Shown one piece after another: positions 23,750 to 34,191 of a DNA stretch of 34,191 nt; position 1 is the stretch's first letter, and the number at the start of each line of letters is the position of its first letter. Position numbers and translations under genes: made by a program. Where the stretch lies: contig NC_068983.1 in assembly GCF_001194135.2 (NCBI RefSeq), forward strand, positions 33,673,157 through 33,707,347, written 5' to 3'. The DNA comes from Octopus bimaculoides (taxonomy: Eukaryota). The notes under the pieces were generated by a model. The model searched no databases. It saw nothing but the letters and a program-made list of their open reading frames with translations, and was not told the origin of the DNA.

Positions 23750-24517
23750 CATCCGCTGAGGTCGCACTTACACTTGGTGCTTCTTCGTTTTGAAGTGCTT
23801 CTTTCCTATGCATCGCTTTTTGCGATGGCTGACACGAAGGAGCAAAGTGCTTCCGTGAAATCCTGTATTCTGCAGGGGAAAACGGCGGCCGAATCAGTTG
23901 TCATCTTCTAACAGCTTACAAGGACGCTGTCATGAGCAAGTTGCACGTTTGCAGGTGGTTTCCACGCTTTAGGAATGGTCACTTGTCGCTTGAACACCAA
24001 CCTCGTTCAGGACGACCGTCGAACTCCCGAACGATTGAAGAAAGTCAGGAAATGTTATGAACTGAACTTGGAGAACCGTCACCGAACATTTGGCGAACTT
24101 GTTGATATGACTGGTGCCAACGAATTATCAGGGAGTAATTGCGAATGAAAAGAGCTCCAGCAAACTTTGTGCCTCACTTGCTCACGGAAGACCCAAATCA
24201 GTTACAACTGAATGCGTGTCGTGAATTGAAAGAACAGTAGGAAGGTGATCCGGACCTTTCTTCGAAAGTCATCACTGGTGATGGAAGCTGGTGCTCAGGT
24301 TTGCAGTTGTGGAAGAGGTAAAGAAAACAACGATGGAGGCGTTAAAATGCGTCACTTGGCAACAGTTTCGGCACTGCTTCGATCAGAGGAAAACGCGCCT
24401 GGATCGATGCATTGTTTCGAAAAGAGAATACTTTGAAGGCGATAAAAGTGTAACCGTATAAAACTAAGGGAATAAAATTATACTGCAGATTTCCGGTTTC
24501 ATTTGGGTACACCTTGT
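23750..24517 (+). mobile_element. Internally deleted, decayed mariner DNA transposon (transposase remnant 23825-24453)
   Basis: MADTKEQSASVKSCILQGKTAAESVVIF, TAYKDAVMSKLHVCRWFPRFRNGHLSLEHQPRSGRPS, MKRAPANFVPHLLT (WVP-like), KVITGDGSWC, then a jump to RFAVVEEVKKTTMEALK...LDRCIVSKREYFEGD. Probable 3' TIR at 24491-24517; no 5' TIR seen. Confidence 0.92.
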
Positions 24518-25118
24518 TTTTGCATGTATGTATATGCATATAAGTGTATTTCAAACACTCTACTGTTTTGTCAGGAATAATCTTGAACAATGGACAGTCA
24601 AGTAATGCTGTAATATATCTTCTGAATACACCATTTTGTTCATAACATAAATACTTAAATAAAGCATCGTCCGGAATGGTTTTCAACGAAGTAAAATACA
24701 AAATATATCAGAGGTTATAGACTGGTCTCTTTCTAATTTTCCACGTTCAGTATCTATTCCTTGGTTTTAGATTGATTGCCAGCTTTATCTGAGCATTTGT
24801 TAATGATTTATATATGTTAGTAGTAATAATACCGTTGTGATTATTCTCTTAGACGTAATACTAGAAGCAGTTCAGATATATATCTGAAGGGCAAGGAGCT
24901 CTCGAAGTTATTCATTAACATATTTCTGCTGCTTTATTGCAAATACATTTAAACATTGGCTTAAATTATCCTTTGCTCTGCAGTCAATGACAGTAAATGG
25001 TTTTAGGACGAAACGAAACGAGCTCATATATCAGAGTCGTTTTAGCATCTTTAGTCATTAACTTGCATTGAGTCGTCATTAGATATAGACCAATAAATAT
25101 TGTTTAACTCTCAAACAG

Positions 25119-25160
25119 AAAAGTCACAAACTTCAAGAGTGTAAAGCAAAATCCGAATAG
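25119..25160 (+). CDS. Candidate 42-nt symmetric exon, product unknown
   Basis: tgtttaactctcaaacAG|...AATAG|GTAATA; phase 2-2 frame KVTNFKSVKQNPN is open. Confidence 0.2.
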   Translation, partial: KSHKLQECKAKSE

Positions 25161-25944
25161 GTAATAATCAGGGACTGTTTCATTTCATGATTAACGCATT
25201 TCACAAGGCAATCTACAATCACCATAAACCTAGCTATGTTATATGATGTATATTATGATATGCAGATATATTCAACTTACATTATAGGTACACCTATGGT
25301 AGTCTATAAGCAAATTAGCTTCTTTATTGACAAGATGAAAAACGTGTTCTACAAGCTGTTTCTAAGTTCTCAAAAAGAATAATTGAAGTTGCGGTCATCG
25401 AATCGTATCCGAACTACTGTTTCAGCTTAATATGATCTGTAACTTTGCACTACGGCCAGAAAGTATTAGAGTAGTATATCACCAGATATCACAGTAACTA
25501 TTCAAATGCTAAAATATAGTTTATTACTCTGTGGACAGGAAACCAAATCATTAGCGCAAATTTATGATGAAAAGATTTTCATGGGTATGTTAATTATTCA
25601 AGCTGGAATTGAACACACAGTGCCTGAGACAATTAGGCAATTTCTCCGAACATTCTGATTGAATGATGATGTTCCTTCAATGATATTAAGTTCATATTTT
25701 ACTAAAAAATGAAATGCTAATGAAACTCCAAGTCATACTTAGACATCGACAAAGATTTTCAAGAGTCTACGAGAAATCCCTTGCAGACTGAAAGACGATC
25801 TTAATTAGGCAGCTACCAATTTACCTCAAGGGAAGGTTCGTGAGAGTGACTAATTCATTTCAATACTTCAACGCATAAGCCATGAACACATTAGTTCCAT
25901 TGGTCTGTTTCTGTGCGGTGTTTTCGTATATATTCTGTTCACAG

Positions 25945-26029
25945 TTTGTGAAAATACACTGTATTTCTTCACGAATAATCCCACGCTAATTGCACCAGTA
26001 ACAAGTGAACGCAGAAAAATCCTGAAAGG
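25945..26029 (+). CDS. Candidate exon, product unknown
   Basis: ttttcgtatatattctgttcacAG acceptor; open frame CENTLYFFTNNPTLIAPVTSERRKILK; weak donor GG|GTGATC. Confidence 0.18.
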
Positions 26030-26364
26030 GTGATCGGAATCTGGAATTCCTGCTATCAAAATGACTAGAAGAAGCAAGGTTGTGTAACAGAACTCTGTTT
26101 TTGATAAGGACTTAGATCACATAGATTGATTCTAAAGAAAGTTCCCTCATTACCGTAGTTTGTATAGGTAAGACTGCCAAATATCAAGCACCCTAAGTTA
26201 GTTGACTGATTAAATGAGGACAATTTTAATATTTCCTCATTGAATCTTTCATACTGGACAGCAAATAAAAGCAGCGAAATTGAAACACTGCTTTAGAAAT
26301 AATAGCATTCTGTGATAAAACATCAAAGCTAGAGTTTCTCAAAACATATATGTTTTACTTGCAG

Positions 26365-26491
26365 TAGCAAAGATGTCGTAGATTCAATCACACCATCTCG
26401 ATTGTTAACACCAAGTCCGACAAGACCTTTCATTCAGCCGCCAAAACTGGCTGAAACCTTTGAAAATGACAGTCTGAGCTACTTTTACTGA
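26365..26491 (+). CDS. Candidate terminal coding exon, product unknown
   Basis: tgttttacttgcAG acceptor then 41 open codons SKDVVDSITPSRLLTPSPTRPFIQPPKLAETFENDSLSYFY-stop. Confidence 0.3.
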
Positions 26492-27020
26492 TTAAAAGAA
26501 ATTTTGCAGCGCTGACTGCAGAAATAGATCATGTCACATGTGTCAGAAAAATATTTCGAAGCAATAATGTATTTTTTTTTTCGTAGTCCACGTCGAACAG
26601 AAATGTGTGACGACGCTATGTTTCATATTCATATATGAGAAAAAATATATATATATACAAACATACATACGCACACACATTAACACACGCACACACAAGT
26701 ATACACCAACACATATATGAATATATGCATGTATACATATATATGGGCGTGTGTGTGCGTGCATGTGTGTATGTGTGTGCGTGCATGTGTGTATGTGTGT
26801 GTGTGTGTGTGTGGTGGTGGGGGGGGGGTATGTTGTGTTGTAAACATTTAATAACTGCAAAGTATATTAGAACTATATTTTGAATAGAGAGAATGTTCAC
26901 GTTTAATATAAAAAAAACAAACAAAAAGTTTTCAGCTTCTTCAGACCTTTGCTCCAAGCAAAACGGTTAATCCTGGCGAATCTCTAAGTAGACTGTTAGC
27001 AACTGCTTTAAATGTGTGTG

Positions 27021-27085
<65 letters not shown>

Positions 27086-27261
27086 NNNNNNNNNNNNNNN
27101 NNNNNNNNNNNNNNNNNNNNNNNNNNNNNNNNNNNNNNNNNNNNNNNNNNNNNNNNNNNNNNNNNNNNNNNNNNNNNNNNNNNNNNNNNNNNNNNNNNNN
27201 NNNNNNNNNNNNNNNNNNNNNNNNNNNNNNNNNNNNNNNNNNNNNNNNNNNNNNNNNNNNN
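27086..27261. other. Assembly gap with (TG)n on the left and (CA)n on the right
   Basis: N run flanked by oppositely oriented dinucleotide arrays. Confidence 1.
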
Positions 27262-27322
<61 letters not shown>

Positions 27323-28569
27323 GTATAGACACGCACGCGCTCACAGGTTCGTAAATATGCAATGCAAATAGCAAACTCGGCAATAATAAGGGACATTTAA
27401 CTTTTACCAATACCGTATACAACACAGAAAATATTTGGCAGGTGGCATTTTGAAAGCACATGCAAGAAATAGATGTGACTAGCTTTTAAAGTGATAATAT
27501 AGCAGTGAAACTGCAGGTGTACTTCCTCAGGGGTTTCTTCATACAGCTGATGGTGTATAAATATAGATTCTTTAAAGCGCTGCAGTCTAAATTGGTAATT
27601 CAATTGTATCAGAAATCGGTGTGATGCGTGAGAGTTAGAATCTATCGAAGTATTGTATCTCTACTTAAAATACAGCCGTAAACCATAAACTATTTCCGTT
27701 GTCGTTTCCACAGTTATTTGAATTAGTATTACCTCTGTAAATTTTGACATAAGCTTACACAACGCTTCTTCGAATACCAACTTTACCGTCAATAACAAGG
27801 ATCTTAAAACATTTTCCTACTTATATACTTGCTACTTGTTACATCTAGAATCGAAATATACCTTCTCTTGTTTTTTTTTCCTTCTTGTAATGATGATAAT
27901 AGTATATATTGAAAAGTTTGATTTTATAAGATGAGACAATGACCCATGCATATTTTTAGCCTGTCAGCTTTTTATATTTGATATAATCGTTTCTAGAAAT
28001 GTTTTAAATCCAGAACGTAAATCTAAATGCTGTTTAGAGTTTTGGCCACCGCTCTAACGATTCTTTAACTCTTGAAAATAATGGATTCTAACATGAGTAC
28101 CAATTAAAAGAATATTGGTCTGAGGAAGTAACTGATTAAATGCAACCTTAACATGATTTGACTCAGGAACTATAAAGCAAAAATCAGTCATAAAGTCGGT
28201 CACGATAAAGTGACACAGTTCTTTTGTTTGAGTCAAGGCACGTTCTGAAAGGTTTACATGTATGATTGAGCTAGTTTGAGTAAATACATAGGTGCATTAG
28301 TGGATAAAATTCCACTAAAGCACTGAGTGTGCAGGTATGTAGGTTTCATTACTATTTATACGTGTATGCGATATTGGTATATAGTTGTCTATGTGTGCTC
28401 ATTCACGAAAACGGAGAATCACTATATTATCTTAGTTTGTTTTGTTCTCTCCTGGCAAATCCTAACATTTCTAGACATTTGTGCGAATTGTAAATCTGTT
28501 CAATGTACGTATGTATATTTATATGAGTATACCTATGTGTGTGTGTACTTGAGTGTGTGCGTATGTATG

Positions 28570-28610
<41 letters not shown>

Positions 28611-29419
28611 TGTCAAATTATGTTAAATCTTATGTATGGTGTATTTCAAATGAATAAAATTGAATGATGAAATGTAATTTGATAATGATTTAACAGTATA
28701 AGTATCAGACAAGTTTCATGTCGTGAATATTTCAGTTAGATATCAGCGTAGTTAAGCCGGTTAATTTATTGAATAAACAGAGATATTGAAATAAAAGAAG
28801 CATTTCTATATCAGTGAATCGCGAAAGGTTGACTGTTTACATATTTCATTCTAGATGTTGTTTCTTGTCGTTCAGCCCAGTTCAATCCAAACTTAGTTGA
28901 GTAGCCATTCAGCTCAAATCAACACAGACTTGGTTTAACAAACCTACCATGAAAGGTATCTCAGCCGTCGTCAACCACTCTTTTTCCTATGTGCAAAAGA
29001 ACCTAGGACCCTTCCATCTAATGTAGTTTTAAAGAGATATCTAGCTGCTGTTTCTAGTTTCCCAAGTGGCTATATAAAGGCACGCATGTTGGTATATTAA
29101 CTTCAAGTGATTGTTAGATATACGAGTATTGTAGAAGAGGTAATTTCAACGCATAAACACTGCAATTGTCGCTGAAAATCTAAATTCCTACAACACATAA
29201 CAGACTTGCCTTGATACTTATTGAAACACCGACCTAACTTCTCCTTATGGGGACTCAAAATTGTGTGAATTGCAAATGTAGTTTTCTATTTAAAATAATA
29301 TTTTCTTAGTTATAACTAAGAATTGCTGCGTTTAATCGAAAGCTAAACACCATAATATTCTGAGCTATGCCGTGATCGGAATCCTTATCTTAATCTAATT
29401 ACTTGTTCTTTTCTTTCTG

Positions 29420-29648
29420 TTTTTCTTCTTTACGTGTTTCAGTCAATAGACAGCGGCCATGCTGGGGCACCGCCTTCAACAATCTGTTTTAGTCGAATGA
29501 ATCAACCCTAGGACTTATATTTTGTTAAGCCTATTATTTATTCAATCAACCCTTTTCGAATCGCTAAGTCAGACACCAACACTGGTTGTGAAGCGAAGGT
29601 AGGGGACAAACACAGACACAAAAACATACGATATTTGTAAGTATATGT

Positions 29649-29679
<31 letters not shown>

Positions 29680-29835
29680 CGATGGGCTTCTTTCAGTTTC
29701 CGTTTACCAAATCCACTCACAAGTCTTTGGTTGGCGCGAGCCTGTAGTAGAAGACACTTGCCCAAGATGTCACACAGTGAGACTGGAGTCAGAACCATGT
29801 AGTTAGGAATGAAGCTCCTTACCACATAGTCACAG
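29420..29835 (-). mobile_element. Full composite SINE (group 3): tRNA-like head, internal (TA)n, 3' module
   Basis: Reverse complement of the 31638-31975 structure; includes the tail cagtcaatagacagcggccatgctggggcaccgcc. Confidence 0.9.
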
Positions 29836-29855
29836 ATTAATTATTCTTATATTAT

Positions 29856-30049
29856 TTTCTACTCTAGGCAAAAGGCCGGAATTTTGTGGGGAGGGGCCCA
29901 GCCGATTAGATCGACACCCGTACGCAACTGGTACTTAATTTATCGACCCCGAAAGGATTAAAGGCAAAGTTGACCTCGGCGGAATTTGAACTCAGAACGT
30001 AAAGACACGAAATACCGCTGAGCATTTCGTCCGGCGTGCTAACGTTTCT
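29856..30049 (-). mobile_element. SINE (group 2) missing its first bases, alternative tail
   Basis: tcgaccccgaaaggattaaaggcaaagttgacctcggcggaatttgaactcagaacg core; fused directly to the next copy. Confidence 0.88.
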
Positions 30050-30277
30050 TAATTCTTTATTGCCCACAAGGGGCTAAACATAGAGAGGACAAACAAGGAC
30101 AGACAAAGGGATTAAGTCGATTACATCTACCTCAGTGCGTAACTGGTGCTTAGTTTATCGACCCCGAAAGGATGAAAGGCAAAGTCGACCTCGGTGGAAT
30201 TTGAACTCAGAGCGTATTGGCAGACGAAATACCGCTAAGCAGTTCGCCAGGCGTGCTAATGTTTCTGCCAGCTCACC
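30044..30277 (-). mobile_element. Full-length SINE (group 2)
   Basis: Reverse complement of 9915-10145 along its length, including the tail. Confidence 0.9.
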
Positions 30278-30889
30278 ACCTATAACCATTTTAATATTAA
30301 TGATGCAACAATACAGCATATAATTAGCTCAGCTGTATTCTTGTTTCATAGAAAATCCTTGGTTGTGGTGGTTCTTTAATAAAAAGCTAAAGAAATTTTG
30401 TTTTATTTTACAAATCTGACTTCTGTTTAAAAAATAAAATAAATCTATGTTAAAGAATAGATATGTAAAATCACTTTATTTTATATTGAAATATTTTATG
30501 GTAGCTGATGTTTAAATATACAATTCGTACAAGCTATTGAAAACACATGACAAAGATCTCCTGTGGAATGAATTGCTACATCATAAAAAACTACTGTCAT
30601 AGAAAAATAATAGGTATTGCTTTTGTGCAAAACAATCGCTTCTTGCATTCAGCTTTTAGTGTCTACGTAAAAATTGCTGAAAGCAAGAAGCGGAACGATC
30701 CCAGCGAAATAAGAGGTTTCAATTACTTAGAGCAGAAACTACACATTAACATGTTGACGCCGACAATGCCTTGAACTAAGTAGTCACCCATTTAATTCCT
30801 TTTTCTAAATCGTACGTTCTCCAAGATCATTTCTCTCGAATGCTTGCAATGTATAACAAAGGTCTACTGAGGTAGATTTAATTTAGAAG

Positions 30890-30930
30890 TAAACTGTCCA
30901 ATACATTGCGATAAACTGTCCAATACATTG
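30890..30930. repeat. Exact 19-bp direct duplication with a 3-nt spacer
   Basis: taaactgtccaatacattg-cga-taaactgtccaatacattg. Confidence 0.95.
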
Positions 30931-31637
30931 TAAAATATTTCTTATATTAATAATCATTTTTAGATACTGCTCTCATTTAAGGTTTACTTAAAGATATATT
31001 TTCAAACACCGTATGATATGCTCATAAAGGTTGTTTAGTAGAGTGTTTCGATATACTGTAAAACTCGTTTCAAGAAAATAACATAAGGAAAAAGGATAAG
31101 TACTTTATATGTACAATCGATATATAACAGGTAGCAAAATACCGAAATGACATTAATAATTTCATTGATCAGACACTAGTTTTGATCAATATAATTATCA
31201 ACTAAGTGAAAATTACATTACTTATGAGACGTATATGAATCGTTTACCTATCACCCATCAATATTCGGTAAATGAAATTCATTAATTATTATTGAATAAA
31301 TAATTGAATGCAAATATTATACAAGATTCAACAATGCTACATTTATTTATTGATCTTACGCGTGTTATACATTCAACTATACAACAAGCATTTCATATCA
31401 ATATGAAAATAGATACTTATATAAAACTTTATACTTTGAAAGTACTCACATACACATATAGACACCTGTAGCAAATACATTATATAGTCATATTTTTATA
31501 CATTGAGGTAAATTACGTCCACAAAGACAGATCGAGCAAACACACATATAGGACCAGTACTTTATGTTATGCATTTTCTTTATGCGTGTGTGCGTGTGCG
31601 TGTGCGTGTGCGTGAGCGCGCGAATCTATACATGCAC

Positions 31638-31975
31638 GGGTAAGCTTGCTTACCAACCACATGGTCCCGGGTTCAGTCCACTGCGTGTCATCTTGGGCAA
31701 GTGTCTTCTACTATAGACTCGGGCCGACCAAAGCCTTGTGAGTGGATTTGGTAGACGGAAACTGAAAGAAGCCTGTCGTATATATGTATATATATATATA
31801 TATATATGTAGGTGTGTATGTGTTTGTATGTCTGTGTTTGTCCCCCCAACATCACTTGACAACCGATGCTGGTGTGTTTATGTTCCCGTAACTTAGTGGT
31901 TCGGCAAAAGAGACCGATAGAATAAGTACTAGGCTTCCAAAGAATAAGTCCTGAGGTCGATTTGTTCGACTAAAG
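31638..31975 (+). mobile_element. Composite SINE (group 3), ending at a gap
   Basis: gcttgcttaccaaccacatggtcccgggttcagtcc...ggaaactgaaagaagcctgtcg-(TA)n-gtctgtgtttgtccccc...gtcgatttgttcgactaaag. Confidence 0.92.
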
Positions 31976-32185
31976 NNNNNNNNNNNNNNNNNNNNNNNNN
32001 NNNNNNNNNNNNNNNNNNNNNNNNNNNNNNNNNNNNNNNNNNNNNNNNNNNNNNNNNNNNNNNNNNNNNNNNNNNNNNNNNNNNNNNNNNNNNNNNNNNN
32101 NNNNNNNNNNNNNNNNNNNNNNNNNNNNNNNNNNNNNNNNNNNNNNNNNNNNNNNNNNNNNNNNNNNNNNNNNNNNNNNNNNNNN

Positions 32186-32186
<1 letters not shown>
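31976..32186. other. Assembly gap followed by (TA)n
   Basis: N run. Confidence 1.
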
Positions 32187-32231
<45 letters not shown>

Positions 32232-34000
32232 TAGTATGTATCTTTAAAATTCACTTTACTCCAATTTATGTTAGTGGAAATGTATTACATGTAGTTGTCA
32301 GCAGCTAGGTCACTACTGCCAGTTGCCGAATTAATGGCAACTCTTGCACAATGTGCGTTACAGACAGTAGAAATGTCCGTCCTTTGGTTACCTACCTCAA
32401 TGAAATTTAAAACTCCAGAGAACAGTAATCAAAGTTAATGCCTTACAATGCAAAAGGAGATGGTCTAGGTGGCAGCAAAAGAAGATTAATTTTCTTTACA
32501 ATAGATGCACTATTAGCTTAACCTTATTTAACTTGTTGAACACGAGTTAGATAGACCAGATAACCGTGATAATCAAATAATATCAATAAAAAACTCATAA
32601 CGAGAAGAAGGAATATATTCACAGGAATTCTAAACTCACTCAAATATCATCTGAAATATATTAACCCTTTAGCATTCATATAACTCTCTCAATATATAAT
32701 ATCTATTTATTCAAATTGTTTTCAATCAATCTGCCATTATCTCGCAGCTTCGAGGATTCAATGATGAATTTCTCATGTTGTATTGTCGGTGTGACCGTCG
32801 GGGTCTAGCCTGTTTGAACACAAAATAATGTTGAACGCTTGAACCAGATATAACCATCTTAAGTGCTAAATACGTGTCAACAGAAGAACGTTCGATTCAT
32901 TCTTAGCTGTATGTATCTTCATCAAAGCTGCTTTTCACAACTTTAAAATATTACTTAATAGTAGCTTATACGAGAACTTTATATAGATGCAGGAAAATAA
33001 ACTTATCCTGATGCAACCGACATGTAAATCTGGCTGTCTTTACGAACCGGGGAACATTGTATACTTAATAAGACAACACCTCACAAATGTAAATTAATAC
33101 CTCATGATTTTAATATACATAATGTTAATGTGAACTTTATTTGCAAAGACAGTACTGCTTTCATCATCAAATGAAACAAGTAGAGATAAGAAGGGCTGCA
33201 TGTACGATGACTCTACACCGGTTATCTACTCGAATCTACCGAAATCAAACCACCTGCCTACTGAATGGATTCTGCCTTTATAATCCAGTCGACAACAACA
33301 CAGTCTTCTGTCTACTATATGGCTCCCGATAACCCGCATAAAGTTACGGTCAATGCTATAGAATATTCAGCACAATCTTTCGGGTAGTCGGCAGAGAAAG
33401 TTTCACCTCCCTTTTGCATTTTATATGATGGTTCCACGACCAAATACACCCTCCCTTGTCTTCAGATTTAATGTTTCCGATAAAATAGATCACTACTCGC
33501 AGGCAACATGCAAATATCATTATACGCAAGAAGTTGCGTATAATTCAACAGGTCACTACAATCATTAATAAGGAACAATAACTTTTAACTTTATGCCAGC
33601 AAGGGAGATCGATGTTGATTTAAAGTAAAGCAGACAACTTTTGGTATCATTCTATAAGATTTATGAATTTTAAAAAAGATTATCGAGGAATTCAGAAGCA
33701 GGAAGTATCCACAAGGATACCAACTCCAGCGTGTGATCCGCCCCGACCAATGAGATCGAAACTCATCCACTAACCGACGGTAAACAGTCATTCATGCAAT
33801 AGGCACACTGAAGAACATTAAAAAAGAAGACCCCAGAAGATAAACAGACGGTTTTGTACCTTTTAAGATTCGCGTAATGTATTTCTGAGTCAATTGGTTA
33901 TGAGAAATATATACAAAAACATACGCACGCAGGAAAAAAGGCACATACGCACACACACACACACCTGTATAAATATGTAGGCTTGTGTATATCTGTGTAA

Positions 34001-34191
34001 GGTGCAGGAGTGGCTGTGTTGTGGTAAGTAGATTGCTTACCAACCACATACTTCCGGGTTCAGTGCCACTGCGTGGCATCTTGGGCAAATGTCTTCTACT
34101 ATAGCCTTGGCCCGACGAAAGATTTGTGAGTGGATATCGTAGACGGAAACTAAGAGAAGCCCGTCGTATATATATATATATATATATATAT
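34001..34191 (+). mobile_element. Composite SINE (group 3) head plus start of internal (TA)n, cut by the window edge
   Basis: gcaggagtggctgtg (A box)...ccgggttcagtgcc (B box)...gaagcccgtcg-(TA)n. Confidence 0.9.

Noticed and set aside
27025-27305. (TG)n...(CA)n inverted arrangement
   Set aside because: Centre is a 176-N gap, so a real palindrome cannot be told from a mis-join
28054-28236. ILLIGTH resembling the Roc GTPase motif ILVGTH
   Set aside because: No flanking G-domain motifs; a single short match
32295-32440. Stop-free frames of about 35-45 codons on both strands
   Set aside because: Weak splice signals and no recognisable domain
33298-33312. 15-bp exact match acacagtcttctgtc to 19799-19813
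   Set aside because: Similarity does not extend; likely coincidence
33180-33580. Loose Penelope RT-like words (MYDD, TLPCLQI)
   Set aside because: Spacing is about twice that expected between YxDD and LPFLD; unsupported

Overview
AT-rich, repeat-dense animal genomic DNA from a draft assembly with five N gaps. The SINE, LINE and microsatellite repertoire looks like an octopod cephalopod; this is recognition from memory, not a database result. No complete protein-coding gene is supportable, and most listed ORFs are microsatellite read-throughs. The window holds decayed non-LTR retroelements (two Dong/R4-like RLE-type copies, one with a SINE nested in its zinc knuckle; an RTE/BovB-like endonuclease remnant; a possible Hero/NeSL-like RLE remnant; an RTE-type 3' tail). 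It also holds an internally deleted mariner, three tRNA-derived SINE groups with swappable tails, and Penelope-like terminal-repeat remnants. Most interesting: (1) a 91-bp-arm inverted repeat at 21228-21417 whose six transition differences all form G-U pairs in plus-strand RNA; (2) three degenerate type-I hammerhead ribozyme motifs (4257-4310, 20990-21036, 23509-23560); (3) a strong polypyrimidine-CAG|GTAAGT site on the minus strand at 19847/19846, a candidate recursive splice site or hidden exon; (4) low-confidence chains of phase-compatible short exons on both strands.
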